Positions 1 to 8,750 of a stretch of DNA of 15,491 nt are shown here, piece after piece. Position 1 is the stretch's first letter. Each line of letters starts with the position of its first letter. The position numbers were made by a program, and so were the translations under genes. A model generated the notes under the pieces. That model searched no databases. It worked only from the letters and a program-made list of their open reading frames with translations, and was not told the origin of the DNA. Origin of the DNA: an uncultured archaeon (lineage in GTDB: Archaea > Altiarchaeota > Altiarchaeia > JAFGQM01); the NCBI GenBank assembly GCA_964592405.1, contig CAZQBY010000003.1:92836-108326 (forward strand), given 5' to 3'.

Positions 1-62
1 GTGATATCGGCCCCTGTTCTTGGCCGCCGTCTTTGGCCCCCCTCTTTGGTTCCCTGTCCTTA

Positions 63-70
63 TTTTTATA
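63..70 (+). promoter_or_regulatory. Putative archaeal TATA box for the giant surface protein gene
   Basis: TTTTTATA lies ~30 nt upstream of the in-frame GTG at 101, which fits a short-leader transcript. The match is by motif and spacing only. Confidence 0.4.
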
Positions 71-100
71 TTTAGTCCCATTTACTTAGCCGTTCAGCAG

Positions 101-3100
101 GTGGTAAAAATACCTCGTAGGGAACACAGCCGGTTTGGCCTGAGGGCCAGAGTAGTCTTTTTATTGGTCTTGATAGCTGTTCTTGCAGGTCTGCCATCAG
201 CCCTGGCCGATACAGGCATAAGCAGTTGCGGGACACTGGGTAGTGCCGGCGAGAGATATTACCTCACAGCTGACATTATTGTCAACGGCACATGCTTTAC
301 GATAACAGCCAATAACATAATCTTAGATGGTGCCGGTCATAGCATACAGGGCAACATGAGTGGTTATGGTGTCTATATCAATGGCCCGGACAACATCCAA
401 GTAATAAACTTTGATGATATAGTGACGTTCAACAGGGGTGTCTATCTGAGATCCTCAAGCAGTTCGATAGTAAGAAACAACACCATGAGGGAAAACAATC
501 TGGGTGTTGATACCTACAGCTGCTCCGGGCTGAAGATTTATGAAAACTACCTTGTAGGCAACACGGAAGAGGCAATATACCTGCATTCTACGGCAAACAG
601 TTATGTTGAAAACAATACAGCCGACACCAATGACTACGGCGTAAGGCTTCAGGCTTCCGACAGCAACGACATACTAAACAACACCATCATAAACAGTGAT
701 GAGAATGGTATAGAGTTGGAGCTGTCAGATGGAAACAACATACGATATAACAATGTCACTGATACTAGGAGAAATGGCCTGTATTTTGATTCGGATTCCA
801 GCGGCAACAGTGTCTACTTCAACTATTTCTGTCTCGGCAAGGAAAGTGCCGGTCTGTATTACGACATAAAGGATGAGGGCTCCAACAGCGGCGATGCCAA
901 CACCTGTGATGAAACAAGCAATTGGAACGATACGGGAAATGTTGGCTGTAGCTACACATGCTGGGGAACATGTTCCTCTTATTACACTACCATAACAGTT
1001 CCTGCCCAGGGACAGAGCTACAACTCCACTATAGCCATCAGGATTGATACCAACGCCATAGATATAGAATATGCCAACTACAGCATATTCAATTCATCCA
1101 ACTCATCAATACACGGAGATGACCTGACAGAGAATAAGGTAGGAGGTTTTTGGTATTCTGAATGGGTTACAACCAGTTATGATGACGGCCTTTACAATCT
1201 CTCAACATATTTCAGGGTAAGCGAGAACTGCTATATAACCAACACCACATACTTCTATGTGGACAACACCGTGCCAACGGTCTGGTGGGACTGGGACTAT
1301 CTAAATACCATGACGACATTCGGCAATATGACAGTAAGAGTCAATGGATCTGAAATAGTGCAGTGCACGCTTTATCTAAGCGGAAGTCCGAGAATAAACA
1401 CCAGCTGGAACACTTCCATAGTCTGGCATCTGAACGAAACAGATGCAAATTACACAGTATATGCATCATGTCAGGATCGTGCAGAAAACACAAATACTAC
1501 AAGCACCGGGTGGTGGAGGGTGGATACACGGGCGCCAATAATCACCTGGAACTGGGATGACCTGAATTCCACCATACCTGTAAACTATGCCAGAATCTCC
1601 GTAATCCTGGATGAGAAGGGCAACTGCACATTGCACTTCAATGGTACAAACTACGTCAACACCACCAACGGAACGGAGCTCAGCTGGATGGTCACCAACA
1701 TAAATGACGGGAATTACACCCACATAAATGTCACCTGTCAGGACATCCTAGGACAGAAAAGCAACTCCTCTACTGTCTGGCTGAATGTATCGAAGGATAT
1801 AGAGCCGCCATATGTTGAATGGCTCAACTGGACGGATATAAATTCATCAACGCCCAGAACCAATACGACCATAAGAGTGAATGCCTCGGAGGATGTCAAC
1901 TGTACGCTCCATGTATGGAACGGGACAAACATGAGCTATTACGCTAATACAACCTTCAGCACAAATGCCACCTGGCATCTGGATCTCCCCAACGGCAATT
2001 ATACGATATTCGCGAAGTGTGATGATGTGATGGAGAACCATGACAATACAACAACAGGCTGGTGGAATGTCGATACCCTCATCTCCAATCTTGAGTGGAA
2101 CTGGACAGAGATCAACAGCACAATAAACAAGACGGAAACCAAGATCTGTGTGAGTATAGGGGAAGTGGTCAACTGCACCCTTCACTTCAACGGTACAAAC
2201 TATGTCAACACCACCAACGGAACGAACATCTGCTGGAACATTGCTGGTATGGGCGAAGGCAACTACTCAACAATAAATGTAACATGTGAGGACTCCCTGA
2301 ACAACAGCAACACGACCACCAATGGCTGGGTGGAAGTTGATATTACACCCCCGGTGATAACTATTGTTTCCGAACAGAACACTACTATCGGGGGGGCAAG
2401 GTATGTCTTTAACGTAAGCACCGATGAGGCTGCTGTTTGTACACTCCACTTCAACGGGACAGACTATGATGAGGGGCCGTCAGTAGAAGACTGCTGGAAC
2501 GATGACGCCGATCCCCACCCCATATGCTCCTGCAATGATTTGCAGAATATAAACACCCACCTAAACTGGAGTTACTATCTGGTCAATGATATCGACTGCA
2601 GTGATACAAGAAACTGGAACGGTGGAGCTGGCTTTATTCCCATCTCATACACATGGACACAACAGTTTACAGGAGTAATCGACGGGCGTAACCACACAAT
2701 ATATGACCTCTATATAAACCGCAGTGCAACATATACAGCCTTTATAGGGCTTCTCAGCGGGGGCCTCTACAATCTGGGGATAGAGCGTGGCTATGTCAGC
2801 GGTGGAACCGGTGATGAGGTAGGCGGCCTTGTTGGATGGGGTCAGAGTGGTGTTATCCAGAAATGCTTCTTCAAGGGCGAGGTCTTCGGAAACGACAACG
2901 TCGGCGGGATTATGGGTTACCTTTCAACCAATGGTGCAAGGATATATGACTCCTATTTTGAGGGTAATGTGAGCGGAGACCAGCGTATTGGAGGCGTGGT
3001 AGGAGATCTTTATGGCAGAGTGAACAGGGTGTATTCGGTTGCCAATGCCACTGCCAATATTGAATGGGCAGGGGGAATCGCTGGCCGTGCGGACACTGCG

Positions 3101-6100
3101 CGCGCGCGGATCCTGTACAGCTTTGCCGCTGGCGGGGCTTACAATAATGGAGAATATGTAGGGGGCATAAGCGGTAACAACATCGACAGCAGCTTCAGAC
3201 CCGGCACTAGATACTGGGACAATCCGGATGATGATGTGGCTGATGGAGGCAGTTATGCAGAAGCAGATCTGGGATATTTCATGGGTAAGGACCTAGCTGG
3301 TGACCCCTTCACGACATGGGATCTGAACGACACATGGAAAGAGATGTCAAGCGACTTCCCACGCCTGAGATGGGAGGACTTCAACATGAGCGAGCATATC
3401 TGGCTGGTGACAGTACCGCATGATGGCAATTATACAAATATCAGCTTTACATGCAGGGATCTCTTCGGCAACGAGGGTTATTCCCCAATCTACTGGCTGA
3501 GATTTGATGTTACCCCACCGACCATAACATGGACATGGAGCATCAACATAAGTTCAAATGCAACCCCTGTGGTTGTTAACCTCACCACCAATGAAGTGAC
3601 CACCGGCTGCAATGTGATGATAAACGGTACCAACTACACCATGATACAGGATGATGCCTTCACATATCACTACAACTGGGGAGTTTCATCCGATTACAAT
3701 TACAGCATAGTTGCATACTGTAATGACACACTGAACAACACAGGAGAGAGTACCTTGGCCTGGTACAGATATGACACACAGACTCCGGCAGTCTATTGGA
3801 ACTGGAGTGACGCCAATACAACAACTGACTGGAACCGCTCCACGGTGAGAATTAATGGATCCGAAGCCATAACATGCACATTATATGTCAATGGAACCCC
3901 CTATGTGAATAATACCCCTAGTATGTGGGTAACATGGTATCTCAATCTGGCAGACGGGAACTGGACGCTCAACGCCACATGTCAGGATGCAGTGGGTTAT
4001 CAGAACCAGACAAGCACGGTTTGGTGGTATGTCAACACAAGTACTCCGGGACTGGCCTGGAACTGGAGCGATGCCAACTCTTTCACCTACTACAACTCGA
4101 CCACAGTAGGCATAACAGCAGATGAGGAGGTCAACTGTACGCTATATGTCAATGGAACTATTTATAGCAATTGGACAGCCTATGTGAACGCCACGAACGG
4201 AACATTCATAACCTGGAATTTCACTAACATGCCGGAAGGCAACTATACCTTCTATGCCAGATGCGATGATCTGGCAGACAATCCGGCCCAGACTGGTAGT
4301 GTATGGTGGACTATAGACAGGACCCCACCCACAGCCAGTTGGGACTGGGACGATGCCAATACGCTGACCATCTACAACGACAGCCTTGTTGCAATAAACG
4401 GTTCTGAGATAATAAACTGTACTCTCCATGTGAATGGAACTGATTATCCAATTCCCGAAAACTCTTCCTATGTGACATACAATCTCACACTCGCAGATGG
4501 TAACTGGACCATAAACGCCACCTGTGAGGACCGGGCAGGTAGTCAGGTCAATCTGAGCAGTGTGTGGTGGTTGATAAACACCACACTGCCGGGTGTGGAC
4601 TGGAACTGGAGCGATATGAACTCTGCTACTATGTACAACACTACGACAGTGGGCGTAAATGCCTCACAGAATGTAAACTGCACACTCTATGTCAATGGTA
4701 CACCGTATGTTAACAACAACAACTCCAATTATCTCACATGGAGTATGGAACTTGGTGATGGAAACTGGAGCTTCACGGCTGACTGCTGGGATCGTCTAGG
4801 CCATAAGGCATCACTTCCGGAGGCTTGGTGGAAGATAGATGCCAACCCGCCGACACTGTGGTGGAACTGGACAGATGCCAATTCATCAACGCTTCTTGGC
4901 AATTCTACAGTAGTCATAAACGCATCTGAGACAGTGAACTGCACACTGTTCATAAACGGGACAGCATATCCAAACAGCAAACTGGGGAGGCAGATAACCT
5001 GGAACGTCTCGGTTACAAATGGCAACTGGTCACTCAATGTCACATGTGAGGACCTTGCAGGATACAAGACCAATTCAACCACTGTCTGGTGGGATGTATA
5101 CGGCATAGTTCCAACTTATTACTGGACATGGGAATACATAAACCACACGGAATATCCCGGGGCCAGTGTAAACATCAGCTTGGAGATGAACATGAACGGA
5201 GACTGTATTCTCCATCTGAATGACACGCAATATGATATGAACCGCAATACCCTAAGTATGATTAAATATCAATACTGGTATGATGTGCCCCTGTCCAACG
5301 GAAACTGGAGTATAACAGCCAACTGTACAACCTATCAGGGCATGAATATAAGCCTGACTCCGGCTTGGTTGGATGTATCACAGGACCTTTCTGTCAGAAT
5401 TCAGAGGAAAACCACCATTGAGACCACTGAGGTTGAGAAGGTCGTAAACCGGACTATAGATGTCATAAAGCGTCTCTCGCTCAAGATATCTGCCCCCAGT
5501 CAGATCCGGATTGAAGAACCCGGAATAAAACTGGTAGGGGTTACTGTCACCAATGACGGAGAGGTAAATCTCAGCGGCATCAAAATAGGATATGAAATGG
5601 ATGCAGACATCGCTGACGTGTCAATATCCGAAACTGACCTCGGAGACCTTCTCGTGGGAGAGGTAAAGGGTTTTGATGTAGTGATGGACAATCCGCCATT
5701 AGTGGCTGATCAGCCAGCCCACTATACGATTACCCTGAGGGCCAGCTCCGACGAGCCCAAGATAAGCAGGGAGACGAGCATTGAGGTGGTCCTATATCCA
5801 TACCTAGAAGGCAACCAGACCGAAATGCAGGCCAAGATGAGATTTGCCAGCGATCTTATGGAGAAAAACCCGCCATGCATGGAATATGCAGAGAATCTAG
5901 AATATATCCGGAAAAAGCTGGAAGAGGGGGATTTCAACACAGCAGACCGTATGCTTGATGAGATAATAGAATCCTGTAAGGACCTTATATCTGCCTCCCA
6001 GGCCGTCAGTGTTGTGGCTCCGGCAGTTGTCGCGCCGACGGCAGATCCATCTTCATATTTTCTGCTGGGATCCGCCACTGTTGCCATAGCTATTCTGCTT

Positions 6101-6145
6101 CTTCTGAAGGCGAACAGCATTTTCAGGCGCAGGAAGGTGCACTAA
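101..6145 (+). CDS. Giant secreted, C-terminally membrane-anchored surface glycoprotein: NosD/CASH-type right-handed beta-helix, tandem Ig-like repeats, GLUG-type domain, CARDB-like domain and TM anchor
   Basis: The ORF is open from 20 (TTG). GTG at 101 is preferred because it gives a basic n-region (KIPRREHSRFGLRAR), a hydrophobic h-region and an ALA|D cleavage site. Parallel beta-helix repeats (GVYL.SS....V.NN; GI.L..SD.N.I..N) run to ~970. There are 12 repeats of ~88 aa with C-T-L-x-x-N-G-T and G-N-[YW]...C-x-D motifs, and GLUG-like VGGLVG/VGGIMG/IGGVVG/AGGIAG motifs at 2471-3379. The C-terminus is YFLLGSATVAIAILLLL followed by KANSIFRRRKVH. N-x-S/T sequons are very frequent. Confidence 0.85.
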   Translation: MVKIPRREHSRFGLRARVVFLLVLIAVLAGLPSALADTGISSCGTLGSAGERYYLTADIIVNGTCFTITANNIILDGAGHSIQGNMSGYGVYINGPDNIQVINFDDIVTFNRGVYLRSSSSSIVRNNTMRENNLGVDTYSCSGLKIYENYLVGNTEEAIYLHSTANSYVENNTADTNDYGVRLQASDSNDILNNTIINSDENGIELELSDGNNIRYNNVTDTRRNGLYFDSDSSGNSVYFNYFCLGKESAGLYYDIKDEGSNSGDANTCDETSNWNDTGNVGCSYTCWGTCSSYYTTITVPAQGQSYNSTIAIRIDTNAIDIEYANYSIFNSSNSSIHGDDLTENKVGGFWYSEWVTTSYDDGLYNLSTYFRVSENCYITNTTYFYVDNTVPTVWWDWDYLNTMTTFGNMTVRVNGSEIVQCTLYLSGSPRINTSWNTSIVWHLNETDANYTVYASCQDRAENTNTTSTGWWRVDTRAPIITWNWDDLNSTIPVNYARISVILDEKGNCTLHFNGTNYVNTTNGTELSWMVTNINDGNYTHINVTCQDILGQKSNSSTVWLNVSKDIEPPYVEWLNWTDINSSTPRTNTTIRVNASEDVNCTLHVWNGTNMSYYANTTFSTNATWHLDLPNGNYTIFAKCDDVMENHDNTTTGWWNVDTLISNLEWNWTEINSTINKTETKICVSIGEVVNCTLHFNGTNYVNTTNGTNICWNIAGMGEGNYSTINVTCEDSLNNSNTTTNGWVEVDITPPVITIVSEQNTTIGGARYVFNVSTDEAAVCTLHFNGTDYDEGPSVEDCWNDDADPHPICSCNDLQNINTHLNWSYYLVNDIDCSDTRNWNGGAGFIPISYTWTQQFTGVIDGRNHTIYDLYINRSATYTAFIGLLSGGLYNLGIERGYVSGGTGDEVGGLVGWGQSGVIQKCFFKGEVFGNDNVGGIMGYLSTNGARIYDSYFEGNVSGDQRIGGVVGDLYGRVNRVYSVANATANIEWAGGIAGRADTARARILYSFAAGGAYNNGEYVGGISGNNIDSSFRPGTRYWDNPDDDVADGGSYAEADLGYFMGKDLAGDPFTTWDLNDTWKEMSSDFPRLRWEDFNMSEHIWLVTVPHDGNYTNISFTCRDLFGNEGYSPIYWLRFDVTPPTITWTWSINISSNATPVVVNLTTNEVTTGCNVMINGTNYTMIQDDAFTYHYNWGVSSDYNYSIVAYCNDTLNNTGESTLAWYRYDTQTPAVYWNWSDANTTTDWNRSTVRINGSEAITCTLYVNGTPYVNNTPSMWVTWYLNLADGNWTLNATCQDAVGYQNQTSTVWWYVNTSTPGLAWNWSDANSFTYYNSTTVGITADEEVNCTLYVNGTIYSNWTAYVNATNGTFITWNFTNMPEGNYTFYARCDDLADNPAQTGSVWWTIDRTPPTASWDWDDANTLTIYNDSLVAINGSEIINCTLHVNGTDYPIPENSSYVTYNLTLADGNWTINATCEDRAGSQVNLSSVWWLINTTLPGVDWNWSDMNSATMYNTTTVGVNASQNVNCTLYVNGTPYVNNNNSNYLTWSMELGDGNWSFTADCWDRLGHKASLPEAWWKIDANPPTLWWNWTDANSSTLLGNSTVVINASETVNCTLFINGTAYPNSKLGRQITWNVSVTNGNWSLNVTCEDLAGYKTNSTTVWWDVYGIVPTYYWTWEYINHTEYPGASVNISLEMNMNGDCILHLNDTQYDMNRNTLSMIKYQYWYDVPLSNGNWSITANCTTYQGMNISLTPAWLDVSQDLSVRIQRKTTIETTEVEKVVNRTIDVIKRLSLKISAPSQIRIEEPGIKLVGVTVTNDGEVNLSGIKIGYEMDADIADVSISETDLGDLLVGEVKGFDVVMDNPPLVADQPAHYTITLRASSDEPKISRETSIEVVLYPYLEGNQTEMQAKMRFASDLMEKNPPCMEYAENLEYIRKKLEEGDFNTADRMLDEIIESCKDLISASQAVSVVAPAVVAPTADPSSYFLLGSATVAIAILLLLKANSIFRRRKVH
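1277..5383 (+). repeat. Intragenic array of 12 Ig-like repeats (~85-95 aa each); repeat 5 is split by an insertion
   Basis: The consensus W-[ND]-W-x-D-x-N ... E-x-V-N-C-T-L-[HY]-[VF]-N-G-T ... W ... D-G-N-[YW] ... C-x-D ... W-W-x-[VI]-D-x-x-P recurs in the translation and was counted by eye. Confidence 0.85.
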
Positions 6146-6217
6146 AGGTGTAAGGTGTAACCACAGCAACTACATTAAATCAGGCAAACCCGACAATAGG
6201 TGGATAGGAGAGCTGAC

Positions 6218-6616
6218 CTAAGATTTCTGTATGAGCATCCGGAAGGATGCAAGGAAGCGCTTTATATCCCGCTTGAAGGACTTCTGTCCGCTGTATTCCA
6301 TTATCGAGAGGGCCTCCAGCAGGGCCAACATGCTTTCCTTGACCTTTGGATCCATGCGGGATTTCTTCAGCTTCACGGATATCTCCTCAAGGGTCACTGG
6401 TGTGTTGATGCCCAATATTTCGCAGAAGTAGTCTCTCACAACACCGGCCAGTCGGGCCATGAGCACATCCTCACTGTCATATTTGACAGCTTTCTCTAGG
6501 TTCTCAATCTCCATCAGATAACGCATCTTTATCTGGGTCCTGCGTGCTCCCGGCAAAGGCCTGTGCGGATCATTCCCTCTTTTGAAGAGTCCGGCCAGCC
6601 TGTCAAAAATACTCAT
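6218..6616 (-). CDS. Hypothetical helical protein resembling the DUF4129/DUF4381/BatD C-terminal domain found with MoxR-DUF58-vWA clusters
   Basis: 132 aa with an ATG start preceded by a purine-rich GGGAGAG. The motif RLAGVVRDYFCEILGINTPVTLEEI...L...LLEALSIMEYS resembles the 'L...VR.Y......T..E....L...(R/K)YS' pattern of these domains. It sits next to moxR. Confidence 0.65.
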   Translation of the reverse strand: MSIFDRLAGLFKRGNDPHRPLPGARRTQIKMRYLMEIENLEKAVKYDSEDVLMARLAGVVRDYFCEILGINTPVTLEEISVKLKKSRMDPKVKESMLALLEALSIMEYSGQKSFKRDIKRFLASFRMLIQKS

Positions 6617-6641
6617 CTCTCCCTGATTTTATCCCCTTTAT

Positions 6642-6677
6642 GATTTTAATAGGAGGATTTTAATAGGAGATTTAATA
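6642..6677. repeat. 14-bp tandem duplication (GATTTTAATAGGAG x2 plus a partial third copy)
   Basis: Perfect copies at 6642-6655 and 6656-6669, followed by ATTTAATA. Confidence 0.85.
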
Positions 6678-6757
6678 AAAAAGTTCTTCCGACACACCAT
6701 CTTGCCGCCATTCTATTGCCCCCGACATTTTTATTTTTATTGATATAGACGTTATTG

Positions 6758-6787
6758 ACCACATAGTTTACTACCACATAGTTTACT
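6758..6787. repeat. 15-bp tandem duplication (ACCACATAGTTTACT x2)
   Basis: Perfect copies at 6758-6772 and 6773-6787, upstream of moxR. Confidence 0.9.
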
Positions 6788-6844
6788 AACAGAACATATT
6801 ACAAGATATAATACGGACAAGGTTATGGAATATTGACCCTGAAA

Positions 6845-7834
6845 ATGGAACCAGCTAAGCTTCCGCAGAAGGTTGTTGATGATTACGTCGCAGACATACA
6901 GAAGATAAAGGATGAGGTTGCGAAACTCGTCATCGGTCAGGAGAAGACTGTGGATGCCCTCATACGTGGGCTGTTGTGCGATGGCCACGTTCTTGTGGAG
7001 GGTATTCCCGGTATTGCAAAGACTGTCACCATCCGCACACTGGCCATAGCCTCCGGATGTAAATTCAACAGGATACAGTTCACTGTTGATCTCCTCCCAA
7101 CCGACATAATCGGCGTCACGTCCTACGACCCTCACAAGGGATTCTATGTCGTGAAGGGCCCCATATTCGCCAACTTCGTGCTGGCTGACGAGATAAACCG
7201 CTCACCCCCAAAGACCCAGTCCGCTATGCTGGAGGGCATGCAGGAGAAGATAGTAACCATCGGAAAGCAGGACTTTCCCCTCATGAAACCATTCTTTGTC
7301 ATGGCGACCCAGAACCCCATAGAAAGGGGTGGGGTCTTCCCACTGCCGGAGGCCCAGCTGGACCGCTTCCTGTTCAAGCTTTACATGGGATACCCGAAGT
7401 TTGAGGATGAGCTGGATATCTTGGACAGGAACATAACAATACACAAGATCTCCGACTACGATATCAGACCGGCAACAAACCCCCAGAAGCTCATTGAGAT
7501 GCAGGCAGCAACCCACAGAATATATGTGGATGATGCCATCAAGGAGTATATTGTCAAGTTGGTAGATGCTTCCAGAAGGCCCAACAGTTATGGCATAAAA
7601 ACTGGGAAGTATATAGCATGGGGTGGGAGTCCGAGGGCCTCAATAGGTTTGTTCATAGGAGCCAAGGCATCTGCACTTATGCACGGCAGGAACTTTGCCA
7701 CGCCGCAGGATGTCAAGGATGTCGCCTTGGATGTGATGAACCACAGGGTCATGGTGAACTATGACGGCCGGGCCGAGGGGATAACCTCACGCAACATTAT
7801 CGAGGAGATTCTGAAAAAGGTCCCAGTCCCATAG
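6845..7834 (+). CDS. moxR: MoxR-family AAA+ ATPase
   Basis: GHVLVEGIPGIAKT (Walker A), RIQFTVDLLPTDIIG, VLADEINRSPPKTQSAMLE (Walker B), ATQNPIE, FPLPEAQLDRF, GGSPRAS. ATG at 6845 is chosen; an alternative TTG lies at 6833. Confidence 0.95.
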   Translation: MEPAKLPQKVVDDYVADIQKIKDEVAKLVIGQEKTVDALIRGLLCDGHVLVEGIPGIAKTVTIRTLAIASGCKFNRIQFTVDLLPTDIIGVTSYDPHKGFYVVKGPIFANFVLADEINRSPPKTQSAMLEGMQEKIVTIGKQDFPLMKPFFVMATQNPIERGGVFPLPEAQLDRFLFKLYMGYPKFEDELDILDRNITIHKISDYDIRPATNPQKLIEMQAATHRIYVDDAIKEYIVKLVDASRRPNSYGIKTGKYIAWGGSPRASIGLFIGAKASALMHGRNFATPQDVKDVALDVMNHRVMVNYDGRAEGITSRNIIEEILKKVPVP

Positions 7835-7838
7835 AAAC

Positions 7839-8750
7839 ATGGCAAGGAGGGAAAGCGACAGAGGCCTGCGGGTAGAGCATAAGAAGCGCAAGCACAGGGA
7901 ACTCTTGGTGGAGTCGCCAAAACTGGTGGACTTCGGGCTTATAGATGCCTTCCGTAGGATGGTCAGGGGGCGGGGGCTGGAGTTCGACGGTTTTAAGGAA
8001 TTTGTTCCGGGTGATGATGCCAAATTCATAGACTGGAAAGCCACCCTCCGCTCCGATAAGATACTGGCGCGGGTATTCAAGCAGGAAAAGGATATCAAGC
8101 TCATGTTGATGATAGACGGTGGCTCCACAATGATTTTCACATCACACGAAAAACTGAAGCTGGAATACGCTTTAGAAGTGGCTGCTTCTCTGGCATTCAG
8201 TGCCAGCCTGGCTGGTGAAAGTGTGGGGGGCATGGTCTTTACAGAGAAGGTACAATATTTCAGCGCTCCGGCACCAGGGAGAATACAATACCAAAAGGTC
8301 CTGAAGAACCTGCTGGACCCGTATATCTATGGAGGAGGTAGTGATATAAAAAAGGCCCTGAAGTATGTCACTGAACATCTGCAACCCAATTCAGTCATCA
8401 TGATACTAAGTGATTTTCTGAGCCTTCCGGAATACTGGGACGAGGCGCTTGGCATGGCCGCGGAAAAGATGGACGTCCTCGGCCTGATGATACGGGATCC
8501 CAGAGATGTGGAGATGCCCCCCAAAAGAATAGGAGATGTGGTCATAGAAGACCCGAATACAGGAGAAACACTAATCTTCAGGCCGGAGGAAATTGGTGGT
8601 GAGTATGCACGAGTGGCCCAACAGCAATATGAGGAGATAAGCAAAATATTCAGGAAAAGGATGGCCGATCTCATAGAGCTCAGAACAAATGAACCCTATG
8701 TAGGAAAGCTCATAAACTTCTTTACCAGCAGGATATCGAAATGGAAATAG
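7839..8750 (+). CDS. DUF58 domain protein (vWA-like MoxR partner)
   Basis: GRGLEFDGFKEFVPGDDAKFIDWKATLR matches the DUF58 G.G.EF...R.Y..GDD...IDW..TAR signature, and ILSDFL is present. It lies 4 nt downstream of moxR. Confidence 0.93.
   Translation: MARRESDRGLRVEHKKRKHRELLVESPKLVDFGLIDAFRRMVRGRGLEFDGFKEFVPGDDAKFIDWKATLRSDKILARVFKQEKDIKLMLMIDGGSTMIFTSHEKLKLEYALEVAASLAFSASLAGESVGGMVFTEKVQYFSAPAPGRIQYQKVLKNLLDPYIYGGGSDIKKALKYVTEHLQPNSVIMILSDFLSLPEYWDEALGMAAEKMDVLGLMIRDPRDVEMPPKRIGDVVIEDPNTGETLIFRPEEIGGEYARVAQQQYEEISKIFRKRMADLIELRTNEPYVGKLINFFTSRISKWK

Noticed and set aside
20-100. ORF-track N-terminal extension of the giant protein from TTG at 20
   Set aside because: It spans a pyrimidine-rich, TATA-containing stretch that looks like promoter DNA. 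GTG at 101 gives a normal signal peptide.
1622-2224. AAC-rich near-identical pair as a diversity-generating retroelement TR/VR
   Set aside because: The mismatches are synonymous and mostly not at adenines, both copies lie in-frame inside one gene, and no reverse transcriptase is in the window. The AAC richness reflects Asn sequons.
2471-3379. The insertion in repeat 5 as an intein or intron
   Set aside because: It has no C/S start with a His-Asn end and no LAGLIDADG motifs. The frame is continuous and the content is a GLUG-type extracellular domain.
6200-6499. Plus-strand 99-aa and 66-aa ORFs over the 132-aa reverse gene
   Set aside because: They have no recognisable motifs. The reverse ORF has an ATG, a purine-rich leader and a plausible domain pattern.
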